Position numbers and translations under genes: made by a program. A stretch of 64,000 nt of DNA. It comes from Podarcis tiliguerta (lineage: Eukaryota). The first letter of the stretch is position 1. Each line of letters starts with the position of its first letter. The stretch lies in NCBI GenBank assembly GCA_965153285.1, contig OZ229114.1; one strand, written 5' to 3'. Positions 24,428 to 37,161 of the stretch are shown piece by piece. The notes beneath the pieces are model-generated. The model made no database searches. It was not told the origin of the DNA and saw only the letters and a list, made by a program, of their open reading frames with translations.

Positions 24428-27400
24428 GGATGGACATGGACACACTGGTTCAAGATGGCTAGTTTTGTCTGCAATTAGTATGACCATTACTAAGTGATGG
24501 CACTTTCTGTTTAAAAACTTAGTGTGATTGCTATAACAACATGGTTAAACAGTTTGACAAAATATTCAATTAATGTGGTCTGTTAATTCCTTTTAAGAAC
24601 TTCTCCATGGCCAGACATTTCTTTCATTTGGGCAAGGCCTTATTGAGGTCTACAGTCTATTTCTACAGATAAACACGTATAGACCTTCCTTTCTGTTTAT
24701 AACAATATAGATGACTTTATTTTATTTTCCATCCTATTTGCTAAATGGTTAGATAATGCACTTAGATACCTGAAGAGTGTAGAATTCCTTCTCTAACACT
24801 AGGTATATTTGTAATTATTGTTTGAGTTTCTAAAAAAAACGACCCTTAAAGAATGTATACTTTAAAATGAAATGAAAGATATCATGTGCTACCTAAATTA
24901 TGCATAACTCATTTCACATTCTTATTTGCAACATACTTTACTACTGTGTGAGATATAGTTCAATCTCACCCATTCCCAAAATGTTAATAGCTTCAACGTT
25001 ACCAGAAATTTTACATCTTGATTCCGAAAGCTTTATTTTAAGCTAAATAATTCCTTGAAGACTCACACTTCAGCAAGAGGATATCTAGCAGATCACCCAA
25101 CCACCAAATGAAGCTTCAATGTGATAACCTTGGCTGAGTCAGCCTCATTCTTTTCAGGCTTCTTTGTGTCTTTTTTTCTTATTCTACCATTTCTGAATTT
25201 AAAACTCTTAGGAATAGTGAGCTTTGTTGAATAAGCATTTGGTGCACATTTTGCTGTTGTAAATCAATTCATCAGCCCAGATTAAATTTAAGAAATCTAT
25301 AATCTCAGGAAATCTCCATCTTCCCCCTTGGAATCCAATGCTGAAAAGCACTGAACAGATGCAAGTGCAGTTCATTTCTATAGGGATGCGTCAGCTGATC
25401 ACCTTCAATTGCCATGTGCAGAAACAAATGTGCAGGAAAGAAGTTAAATTAGCCAGCTGCCGCCAAAATGACAAAATTGTGCAGGACTGAAAAAATAAAC
25501 AAATTTGGTGTGGCATAAGCACTTGTAGACCACAGCCTACTTCAAATACAGGAAGTCTCCTGGCCACAGAGAGTATCTGATGAAGTGCAACATGAGCCTT
25601 TGTAGACTCCAATCAATGACATCAGATGAGCACAGTAGACAGGAAACTTCCTGCATAGAAAGTAGGCTGCAGCTTACAAAAAGCTGCCACAATAAAGGAT
25701 AACCTTTTAAATGTCTGGGCTGGGGTATGTCAGACACATGAGACCCCCACCTTGCAAAGGAGGTCTGTTTCAGTACATGGATGGGGCATTGCCTTGGGCT
25801 CCATGGTGGAAGAAAGGCAGTATAAATCTAAGAAAATAAGGTGCTTAGGGTGCCTTTTGAAATGGCTGATACTGGGTTCAGAAGTGTCTGACACTGTTTA
25901 CTTGCTAACCTTGTAACAAATTAAATGTGCAATGTTGTCACTGAACTTATAAAAAAGAAATGAGTGTGGTTGAGGACAGAGACAGATACACACACTGGCT
26001 GATGGTTCCTTTTTTCGTTCTTGTTAGAAGGTACTCAATGTCCACAAGACTAAATATAATTTATTCTAATGTATGAAATATGTGGTTGTAAGCATCTGGT
26101 TGGATACTGTTAGAACAGTATGATGGACTACATGGGCCACTGGCATGATTTAGAAAGCTGTTCTTACGTGCTGGTGCTGTCAAACACCACTCCATTGTTG
26201 TTGCTGTTGTTTGGACATGTCCAAAACTAGAACATCAGAACTCGGTCTTGATGGAAATTAGAGCTATCACTGGATGCAAATGACCAAAGACCCTTCAGGC
26301 AGCAGTAGATTGCATCATTTGTGGGGCTGCGCCGTTCACCTCCTTCTTGCGGAGTCGCTGCAGCATACCGGAACGGAAAAAGGGAGGCGTGCAGCAGCAG
26401 CAGGGTCAGTATAGTGCAAACACGCCAGCAGGACTGTTGTGTTTGCACCATCATGCACTTGTTGTCATACCCCTCATCCTTTCTGTCCTCATAGGCTGCA
26501 ACAACTCAACGGGATGGAGGTCAGGTGAGTGCTGCAGTCCCACCACACCTTTAGGTATACTGTTTAGATGCCACACCGCAAGAAGATGTTGAGATGACAA
26601 CCCATCTATTAACAGCAGCCTAGATGACCATATGTCAGGAATGGAAGCTCCAGCTCCAATAGAGGCATTGGTAACAAGAATCTGGAATACTCTTTAATTA
26701 TTGTTTTGAATTTTGAGTCACTCATTTATAAATGCTTAATTACCATGATGAAATTTAAGAATGAAGTGTTTAGAACAACTGCGAATGTAAATTAGATTAA
26801 TGTATTTAATATGGAATAAGAGAGACTGGAAATTATCCTATACAAAGGAAATTATTATGTAAATTGAAGTAGCTGCAATTTATACTAGAGATATGATGCC
26901 TAACGGATTGAGAATTATTATGTAAAAAACCCAACAACCCTGGAATTTTATGAAACTTTATTTAGGTATGTTATCAGTAGAATAAAGTCAAGATATCTAA
27001 GGCTAACAATGGTTTCCATCTTACCTAGCACCTTGAATTTTCAACTGTAGTTCCTATACAGAGCAGCTCACAGGCAGATCAATATTTACTAAGCCACTGT
27101 ACTAGTCAACGTGATCTTAAAAGATACCCTGGTCTTCCATCCCCCAAATTACTCTTGCCAGAGCAACTAATTATATTGTACTCCATTGTACAAAGCAACC
27201 ACTAGCTGCACTTTTGCCATTAAATGCAATACATGACTGAGTTTCATCTTGGAGGTGTATAGGACTAGCTGGAAACCTAGAGGAAAAGGTGTGACAATGG
27301 CAACACACAAACCCGAGCTTGTGCTTCCTCACTGTAGAGAACAGGGTACACATGCAAGCTGCCCTGGAATTACATGCAAATCCAATTATACATTTAAGGT

Positions 27401-27540
27401 CCCTGTCCCCCTGCTGCTTCAGATCTCCAATCTCTTGCAAAGCCAACTTAAAAAACCACCACACACAACAACTTACATTAACATGCTGTATTTTACCCTT
27501 GCCACCAGAAATACTAAGGGTGCTATTTGTAATTGTATTC

Positions 27541-27696
27541 NNNNNNNNNNNNNNNNNNNNNNNNNNNNNNNNNNNNNNNNNNNNNNNNNNNNNNNNNNNN
27601 NNNNNNNNNNNNNNNNNNNNNNNNNNNNNNNNNNNNNNNNNNNNNNNNNNNNNNNNNNNNNNNNNNNNNNNNNNNNNNNNNNNNNNNNNNNNNNNN
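27541..27696. other. Assembly gap (N)
   Basis: Run of N. Confidence 1.
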
Positions 27697-28501
27697 CTAA
27701 GGCAAGGAGTTACCACACTCAGGGAAAAAAAACAGGTTTCTATGAATTTTTATATCAAGAGCTAGTCCCAGGACAATTTAGGTTCAGAAATAGATTATTT
27801 TAAAAAAGCTTTTTGCACAGTGTATGAAATGGATTCTTTACCACTTACAACTTAACTCTCCCCTACAGGCATTAAGGGGACTTGGACTTTCTGTAGAAAA
27901 TGCACGTTTCGGTAAACGCCAACCGGCAGGAGGCAGTGAGGCTTCCTTAAAAAATAATGTTTTACTGAAATTAATGAATGATACCCATGCCAAATAGTAT
28001 TCCGCTAAATGATGGAGTATTCTTTGAAGGGTAGCACTATAAATATACATTTCAGATACCCTCCTTTTAAAAACTGTTTCATGCTATTTATTTGGGATTG
28101 GCAAATTAACATTTCAGCTTAGTGACACACAGGTTTTTCAGAGATTTCTCTTCCACAAAACCCTATGCAAATGGAAACCTGGAAACTGTGTTTGTTGATG
28201 CACCATTTGAAGCGCGTGGGGGGGGGGGGACGTATGCACCTAAACCTAAAGCAATGTTTGGATGTTGAAAATTAATCCAACAGAAATTTATTTAAAGCAA
28301 ATTTGGGGAAGAAATCCCATACATTTAAAACTGTGGCTAGTGTCTAAGAATCTACACCCAAGCGAGTGTGTACAGGGCCTAATTCTCACGAAATTGGTAA
28401 GCTTATGCCTTGACTGTACCATACTAAAATTGCCTCCACATAGCAAAATAGGTGTTAGGAGAAGGATTCTAGCCAGACCTTTTCCCTGACATGCTTGTGT
28501 C

Positions 28502-28669
28502 CAGTGGCGTAGCGTGGGTTGTCAGCACCCGGGGCAAGGCAAGTAATTTGCACCCCCTAACCCATGGATTTGCGCCCCCTAACCCGTGGATTTGCGCCCC
28601 CTAACCCTAACCCCCAGATGTTGTGCCTGGTGCGGCCGGCCCCCCCTGCACCCCCACGCTAGGCCACTG
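28502..28669. mobile_element. hAT-type MITE, 168 bp, perfect 8-bp TSD
   Basis: TIRs cagtggcgtagcgtggg / cccacgctaggccactg (16/17). TSD cttgtgtc at 28494-28501 and 28670-28677. Confidence 0.92.
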
Positions 28670-30100
28670 CTTGTGTCCAGTGTGAATGGACGGGGGATAG
28701 AAGACTGTATAAAGTAGCATGATTCAGTCATGTGAGGCCCACACTTGCAGTCTGCAGTGGTACGACATCTGAAAGAACAAGGCCTAGTAGTAACTGCAGC
28801 CCAAGGCATACTTTATAAGAAAAAAGTACTACTGAACTCAGTTGAATTTACTGTATTTTAAATGTTTAGGGCTGGGTTGAAAAGGAAACCATCGAAAGTC
28901 TGAGTCATTCTGATTCTAGATCATCCCACAGAATGAATCACCCATTAAAGTTCTACTTGAATGAATATCTCAGCAAAGCTCAATTCACAAAAGTTTGGAA
29001 CTGCAACTTCAGATTTTCATTTACCAACTTAGTGGTAAACACAGAACGGTTGTAGATTTACAATGCTTTATACTTACATTGTCCATAATTATGACGTAAA
29101 ACTTGTAGAAATGAAGCTTTACCATTGCAAAGCCTCTATTAGATCCATTGAAAGATTATTTTGCAAGAACCATTAATCCAAGAAATAGCATTGTGGGAAT
29201 TAGCAGAATTTCCCATTTCACACTGCAATTACTCAATTATCTTAAGTAAATCCATAAATATATTTAGCTATTTTTGCATCAAAACCAACAGCTTTGAAGA
29301 CACAGTCCATTAATAAGACAAGTGTGACTGTATTTATAGGCTGAAAGGCTCGGGAAAGTATACTGTCAAGGGGTTCACTGACACCTAGATCTCATCTGCA
29401 AGAAGAAAGCTACAGTTTACCCACATTTATCTGTACTTGTTTGGAATGAGGCATGATGTCAGTACTATATGGAACACTAAATCTGTAACCAACCATGACT
29501 TAAAAGGACAATTAAGCGTTATCAAAACTTTCAATTTGTGGTAAATTTAAATTTTTTAATCGTTGTTTCATCAAAGATATAAGGAAAAGATACTCTTGCA
29601 ATTACAAGCAATGTCTTTAGCAAACACGTTAACAGAATGCTTTGGCACTGGCTTTACTAGCAGGAAAACAGGGTACACCTATTTCTGCGTTTAACAGGAG
29701 TTTTCCATGTAGCACATGCCAAATCCATTTTCCGCTATGAAACATAAAGGAACTGAGAGCATTTAAGGTGATAAATATTTGCAAGAATAGGGTAGTCTAC
29801 AATCTAAGGAAGTACATGCAGTGCAGCTATGTTTTAAAGGCAAGGGCTTTTTAAAACAAAAAACTGGTGTAATCACTAAAGCCCACTCTCATTACTGAAA
29901 CATGAAGTTTAAAAAAACTTGTGCTGGAATCATTGGAGCATCAATTCTGCTACTCCTTCCTCATGTTAAAAGGACAAGGTGCTCTCTCTTTCTAGCAGTT
30001 GCACAGTACCACCAATGACCATTAGGTAGCAGCACAGTACGCATGATCTCTCCACATGCATCTCCCTCCATTCTTTTTCTGCACAGCTTTGCTTTTGCTC

Positions 30101-30103
<3 letters not shown>

Positions 30104-30171
<68 letters not shown>

Positions 30172-30173
30172 AC
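30104..30173. repeat. Compound (CT)n(CA)n microsatellite
   Basis: Read directly from the sequence. Confidence 0.97.
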
Positions 30174-31154
30174 TATAGCTGGTTCTAATTCAATTAGCAC
30201 AGTCTGCAACTCCAGAAAAAGAGTAATTCAATTAGTGCATTGTGGGGCTCTGCAATACCTCTAAGCAGATGTTCACCAATCCTCGGGAACTCGGAGCTAG
30301 CTTTAAGAGTACCTGTACCCCATCCGGTTGGCACTACATATGTCATTTGTCAGAATAGCTTTCTGACTTCTAACAAGGAAAAGAAGGAAAATCCACTCTT
30401 GTGGACACAGGAGGTTTCCTTTTAAACATGATCAAGGTCCCCTACTAGCAAGCCCTTTGAATTCAGCATCTCAGGAAGAACAATGCATATTATACAAGGC
30501 TGGCAATTCATGAAGGGTTGAAACTGGGGTTATTCTATTGGAGAAGCCATCTGTATATTATTGGCTCTTTGTAATTTGTGCCAATGCTTGTGTGGTGTGG
30601 AGGATTTCCCTAAGAACAGGGCCCATTTTTACCATTACATTTAATGCACAATTTGTAACATTAGGGTTGAATTCAACCAGGTCCTACTCAGCACAGAGCC
30701 AATGACCCAAACTTAGTCAAGTCCATTAACTACTATGGGTCTTCTCTGAGTATGTGTTGAATACCACCTAGTGTTGAAGTGATAAACATGTGAGCAGTGA
30801 TCAGGAACATGCTAGTTGGAGGGTGGGGCAGAGGTAAAAAACTGAGCAAAATTTTACTTTTTAGAAAAGAAGCACCTTACAACGTTGATAATATAGTGCA
30901 TGGCTGGTCACTTTGATAATCTCCTGATGTTTTGGACTAAAACTCCCATCAGCCCCAGCCAGCATAGTCAATGGTCAGGGTTTGTGTTTTTCAACATCAT
31001 ACAATCCCGAAACAATTACGTTCCTCTCCTTCTTCCAAACAGCAGCTTATCTATCTTGGAATACACTATCTTGGCAAAACTGAATACTACAGAAGATTCC
31101 CTCACTATGGAACAACATATAATGTGAAACTCTTGGTTGTGAGCCATGTAAAGA

Positions 31155-31502
31155 GGGACGTGGGTGGCGCTGTGGGTTAAACTACAGAGCCTAGGGCTTG
31201 CTGATCGGAAGGTCAGCGGTCCAAATCCCCAAGACGGGGTGAGCTCCCATTGCTTGGTCCCTGCTCCTGCCCACCTAACAGTTCGAAAGCACGTCAAAGT
31301 GCAAGTAGATAAATAGGTACCGCTCCGGCAGGAAGGTAAACAGCATTTCTGTGCGCTGCTCTGGTTCGCCATGCTTAGTCATGCTGGCCACATGACCCGG
31401 AAGCTGTATGCCGGCTCCCTTGGCCAGTAAAGCAAGATGAGTGCCGCAACCCCAGAGTCGTCCGCGATTGGACCTAATAGTCAGGGGTCCCTTTACCTTT
31501 TA
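31155..31502 (+). mobile_element. Sauria SINE, near full length
   Basis: Starts with the tRNA-like head gggacgtgggtggcgctgtgggttaaa, has the typical core and ends in the (ACCTTT)-type tail. Confidence 0.93.
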
Positions 31503-31681
31503 TACAGACAGTAGTCAAGGTCAGGGAAGTAGCAGCAGAGATCAGTAGCTTCTGTACAACTTTTTGCATCTTCAGTTTTTGACACAAACACAGCTTTTCT
31601 TGCAACATATAACAAGTTATGCCAACAGATACTGCAGGGTTTCCTGCACTTGTCCTAGCTTGGCAAGAGTGAGAACTGAAC

Positions 31682-31738
31682 AGGAAGGAAGGAAGGAAGG
31701 AAGGAAGGAAGGAAGGAAGGAAGGAAGGAGGGAAGGAA
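31682..31738. repeat. (GGAA)n microsatellite
   Basis: Read directly from the sequence. Confidence 0.97.
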
Positions 31739-33292
31739 TCCCACCCATCCCACCCCACTAGAAGTGCTAGATAATCACTTGCTTGAGGTGTACCTTTCAC
31801 ATGTGTCATGTCTCCCTAGTGAATTTCAGAGAGGGTAAAAGTAAAGGGTATAACCCCCCCCCCCCTTTTATTATTCTTTAAATAGCACAGCACACACATC
31901 TCAACGATACATTCCCTCGGGCAATGTATTCATTCATTTTGCTCTATAAACTCCTGTACAGCTAATCTTTAGCCACCATGGATATGTTTAGGTACGAATA
32001 TCAAACTGCTGATTTCGTTTCATTTCTGTCCTTCACAGTTACTACTTTCAGTTCTGCCAGGGAGGGAGAGGGGTTTGTGGGGGGAGGAAGAAAAAAGAGA
32101 ATCTCCCAGCCTGAAGAGTGTCCCTTTCAAACTAGGACCATTGCTTAAAACTGAGTGTCACAGACTATGGCAGTTCAATATTTCATAGCCAATACAAGGA
32201 ATGAACACCACCACTGCAACTTTAAATCTTGGTAAATCCCCTATGTCAGCCTCTCCCTCTCATTGAAATGCCAGAGGGAGCAGCAATCAGAGAGGAGATG
32301 TTCAACGTGATAGAGGTCAGGACACCAGTGGATCAACGTACCAGAAACACGACCTTGTTTATTTTTTTCTCCAGTATTATTGTTTACAGGGTGCTTTGTT
32401 CATGTACCTTGTGGTTCTTAGCTAAAAGATGAAATTACAGCCCAGGATGGAGCGCTCAGGCACACATCCAATTTGTGTTTCCATCTCAGAAAACAAAAAG
32501 CTTTGGAGGCCCTCGGGCTGCCATTCAAACTTGGAGAGGCTGACATTTTTAACAGCATGAACCAGAGACTGGCAGAGGGAATGATCGAATGCATTTCTAA
32601 CTTGTCAATCAAAGATCTCACCTCTGCTGTCTTGTAAACAGTTGGGAGCCACCTAAGTACATTCATAAATGGGGGACAAGCTAGCCACCAGCTAGGGGGC
32701 TGAAGCCATGGGCTTTTGCTGCCAGCCCTCAAAATTAAGATTTGGTTTTATAATCTCACTGTAAATATCCTGCAGGTACTTTACTAGAACCAATGGAGCA
32801 GAACCAGAGTTGGAAATACTCTATGGATTTCAATCCACTGTGTTTCTCCTAGGTCAATGGATCTTCTGAATATGGAGTCATCTTGCTTCCAATTATGGGC
32901 AGAAAGCATTCTGTTTATCACAACAGGTCACTAAAGAATTTCTTCAAAAGATGCTTCACTACTATTGGAGCCTTAGAAATATACACAGCAGAACATGGGG
33001 CTTTTTTTACAATCAGGTGGCATTTAATTTTACGGAATAAAATGAACAAACAAGCATATGCCTGTTTAGTCTGTGATACACCATGCCAACAGGGATTTGT
33101 TGAATATAAATATGCACAGGAAAAAGTACAATAGCCATAATCACAAAGGAATATTCTACAAATTCAGAAGAAAATATATAATATGAAATATAATTTAGTA
33201 CTGGACTCTTATAATTCTGCTTTGCCACTTTCATAGTATCCACTATCAGTTGGCAGGATGAAACCTCCCTCACCTAAAAGCCTGTTCAAAGT

Positions 33293-33362
33293 GCAAGAGC
33301 CCTGCTGGATCAGAACAATGGCCCAACTGGCCAAGCATCCTGTTCTCAGAGTGGTCAACAAA
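33293..33362 (-). mobile_element. CR1-type 3' terminus fragment
   Basis: aagagccctgctggatcagaacaatggcccaact...gcatcctgttctcagagtgg. Confidence 0.6.
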
Positions 33363-36016
33363 ATAGAGCAATGATTCTGAAAGCATAGACTGTAATCAAC
33401 CTTTGCAATGAGGAAAGTCTTCAGCATAGCTTCTCAGCATAGCAGAAACTGTGGATTTCACTTCCCCTTTGGGGATTTGAAGCAACAGGTGGAGCTCAAG
33501 CAAATCATCTGACAGCTGTGTTTCTAGCTCTGTTATTTTTGCTACAGTTTAGAATCTCTCTGACCTTCCAAACTGGACAGTAATTTCTTATTGCCTGCTG
33601 CATATAAGCAGATTTCCCCTTTTAACCAGAATATACTGGTACTGCAAATAATGCATATACATCTAGCTTGTCACAGCCATCTCTGGAAATTAAAACACAC
33701 ATATAGTTTTGGCAGGAACAAAACAAGCAACCCAACAGGAAAAATGTGTCATTAGTTTTAGCAGACAAGCAGTAGACTCAAACATGCTACCAAATCCCTT
33801 ACCTCTGAATTCTAGTTTGGGGAAAGTATAACCTGAATTCTTTCAAACTGTACATATCAAGGAAGAAATGTACTGAGGAAATTTAAATTTGGCCTCCATT
33901 TCTGAAAATGAAAAAGGATACACCCTCGTCTTCCTATTCCCTGCAGCTTTGCCAGATGTCCGGAATACTGAGAGGGTGCATTCGGAGTCCATCAATGCCA
34001 AGTATTGGCTCAACTAGGAGAGCTGCTGCAGAATGATCTAAGATGCGTCAGCACTATTTTCACATCACTCAAGGCAAGAAGCCAGATTTAAAATTAAGTC
34101 AAATCACAAGTTCTTGGCCACAAACCTACGGACTCATCCAGCTGACTGTCACGATGATTCATGAGCCTTAGGAGCATGCTGGAGCAGCTATTCCATAAGG
34201 TTCCCCCAGGTGCTGGTACTCTGCACTGCTATTTCTACAGAATATTTATTGTTCTGAAGCAACAAACCATGCCTATTTTTCTTGTGAGTCTACATATAGT
34301 CACTTAGGTCCTCACAACTGGCTAAGATCAGCTTCCAGGATAGCCTCCTTATACCGATCCTTAAATAGTCACCATGGTACTATTTATTTCACGCATACCT
34401 CTAATTCAGTGGTTTCAAAGGTGTGAGCTGGGATTATGAAGAGTGGACCAGGATTAATATCATTTTGTAATATTAATTAAATGCCAAGTCTGGTGTAACT
34501 GAAAAAGTTTGAGATAAATTAAAAATATGGGCTTAGTCAAAACTGGTCCAGTGTTAATGCTGTGTAGAATGTTATAGAATTCCTAGTAGTGTCAAAGCCC
34601 AATAAACAGGACATAAATGTGATCAGCCTAGAAATTCTCTGTTCTTGTCTATGAGAATGACAATAAACCATTTTTTCTTCTGAGTAACAATCTGCCTGTG
34701 AGGGCTCTTTGCATGATCTGGGTGTCCATCTCTCTGTAACCATGAATACTGACCCCCTAAAAGGCATGAATTGGGAGTCTGTAACCCTACTTCAAGGACA
34801 ACTGCCAACACTCCTATAAATTCTGAAAGATTTTTAGCACAACAGTTTTATATGTAGGTCCCCATGACTCAGCATGAGGTACACAGGACCTTTTCAGTTG
34901 TGAGGAGCGTAAAGAAATATCCCCCCCGAGAGAAGGCTGCTTAACTCCCATCTCTGCTTTCCTTTTGACCAAAAATGAAAACTTTGCAGTTCCACTGCCC
35001 CTCTGGCATTTGTATCTGCTGATCTGAAACTGTATTTTAATGATCTGTTTAAAGTATTGCTAGATAGGAAAGCAGGATGTAAATTCTTTGAAAATATAAG
35101 TCAGCAAGAAACCTGCTGAAGGATTTTTTTGTTTTGGTGTTATAGATTGGAATTGATGGTTGGAATCAAAGACAATTCTCATGGATTCTTCTTATTTTAA
35201 ATGACATAATTGCTCTCATCCTCTAATGCATATGATAACATCTGAAAGAACAAGCCACACACATTTCCTGAATAGCAAAGCAACTTGGCCACCTATAGTC
35301 CAGGTAAATGAAAGCCTAGATCTTTTTTTGAAAGAAAGTAAGAAAACTGGTTTTGTGAACTAGGGGGTGGAGACTAGTGAGGAAGCCCCTGAGCCTCAGT
35401 TCCAAGAAATAGAAAAAACACCACCCATGAGTACTTAATGTAGGTGGGAAGAAGCAAAAATTAAAAGACCAAAGTTTGCTGTTCTGCTTCTATTCCCGCC
35501 CCCCAGCCCTACTTTCTTCTATAGCATCACCACTTTTTCATGCAGCTAGATGGAAAAAGTACGTGCACATGACAGCAGCAATAGGCCAGAGACTCAACTG
35601 GCTTAAATACAAGTTACCAACTGTCAGTGTATTCCTATCCATATTTAATAATCAAATACATACCACCTCCACCACCCCCTAAATGTAGAGTAGTAAAATT
35701 AAGGCATCAACTGTAGTACATCCAGATCAAAGTGAGCAGTAATAACCAAATCTTGCATTTTGGGCCAAGCATTCTTACTATAGCTGAGCAAAAAGTTTCC
35801 AATTCTATCTGTATCTGACATTGCTGCGTTAGCGGTCAACTGTGGTTCTATACAAGATGTGGATGGCATTTATTAGTCTGGACAACATAAAGGAAACACA
35901 ACTATGAAGCAAATACTACCACTATTACTACTACTACTACTAATGGAAAAGTTAATGAAAGCAAGCAAAAGCACAAGCAGGAGACACACCCAGAGAGAGA
36001 GAGAGTGAGAGAGTAC

Positions 36017-36124
36017 CTGGAAAGCTGTGAGTGCGCCAGTCCCTGGGTTATAGAGGCATCGCAGCGAGGGCATGCTGTCCGCCAGGTTGGAGCAACCCAG
36101 CCACAGAGACCGGGGCATAGAGCA
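36017..36124 (-). CDS. BTRC: BTRC (beta-TrCP1) coding exon 2, 108 nt, phase 0-0
   Basis: Translates to CSMPRSLWLGCSNLADSMPSLRCLYNPGTGALTAFQ, matching human BTRC as I recall it (CSMPRSLWLGCSSLADSMPSLRCLYNPGTGALTAFQ). Acceptor ttctctgcag|TGC, donor CAG|gtactc. Lies inside ORF-track entry 35873..36175. Confidence 0.97.
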
Positions 36125-36609
36125 CTGCAGAGAAAGGACAACTATGAGATGGGACTGTATGAAACAGGATGGCACAGATTACAGGAACTTCTGGGGCTGA
36201 CGTTTTCAGAAGAGTTATAGCTGACCGTAAGAGATTGGAGTAGCTTCTACATATCCACATATTACCAACCGGAATATTCCCTTTAGAGAAACGCAGGAAG
36301 GGAGGGTGGGAAGGCATAGGAAACACAACACACACGTCATGCTTAAGATCACATCAGCTCAATTAAGTATCTTGAAGACATGTTATACCATAGGTCACAA
36401 GAATGTCCTAATGTAAGGTAGTCGATGCTTTTAGTGGATTTTTAAGCAATTAATTAACTGATTAAAACAAGTTTTACTTTAGCTAGTGTAGGCATTTATC
36501 ATGCCAGTCCCTTAGCCATGGTGTACTACTTGCTCTCAATTGTACAAATTTGTTCTTCTCTTCCCCACCAGGTCTTAATCTCAGCTAGTCTCCATCATGT
36601 CTACAACTA

Positions 36610-36790
36610 CCATATTTGCTTGAATCTAATGCACACCTTTTTTTTTGCCAAATTACATTGCAAAAATTAAGGTGTGCATCAGATTCAATGGCACATTTAC
36701 ATTAGCCAGCGAATACTTTTTTGGTTTCAAGGTTCTGAAAATTGAGGTGAGCATTAGATTCGATGGAGCATTAGACTTGAGTAAATACAG
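36610..36790. mobile_element. Tc2-like MITE, TA TSD
   Basis: ta|ccatatttgcttgaatctaatgc ... gcattagacttgagtaaatacag|ta. Confidence 0.75.
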
Positions 36791-36990
36791 TAGGTTAACT
36801 ATAGCTAACACTAAGGTTTGCTCCAAACCAAGGTTTAAAACTGACTGAAATCATGAGCAGCACTGAATAAAGTTAAGATTTGTGAAGACATTACTGGAGT
36901 CAGGCAGCGGAGGAAGGATGAGATTACTAGTTCGCCTGCAAAGGCTCTTCTAACACTATGGTTCTACAAATGTAAGGAAGGGAGCATATA

Positions 36991-37161
36991 CCATATTTTT
37001 CTGTGCAAAAGACTAGGTTTTCCCCCTAAAAAAATAATGTCGAAAATTTGGGGGCATCTTATACATGGATAGATCTCCACCCCCCCTTTCTTAAATCAGA
37101 GTCCCCCAAAATAGGAGGTGTCTTATACATGGGAGGGCGTCTTATAGATGGAAAAATATGG
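36991..37161. mobile_element. Tc2-like MITE, TA TSD
   Basis: ta|ccatatttttc ... gaaaaatatgg|ta with three internal tcttata repeats. A partial inverted relative lies at ~52325-52433. Confidence 0.8.

Noticed and set aside
31155-31235. tRNA gene
   Set aside because: It is the tRNA-derived head of a SINE. The same applies at 15520-15586.
33803-33847. 45-nt minus-strand pseudo-exon with a strong donor GAG|gtaagg
   Set aside because: It has an in-frame TAG and no supporting context. It shows that chance AG...GT pairs occur, which is why the 42-nt exon still needs RNA evidence.
12312-36016. Alternative first exon like the Xenopus beta-TrCP N-terminus I recall (MEGFSCSLQPP)
   Set aside because: I found no matching minus-strand coding sequence by eye. 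It could still be diverged or lie in a gap.
35873-36175. Stand-alone 100-aa gene
   Set aside because: Only 36017-36124 is exonic; the rest is intron read-through.
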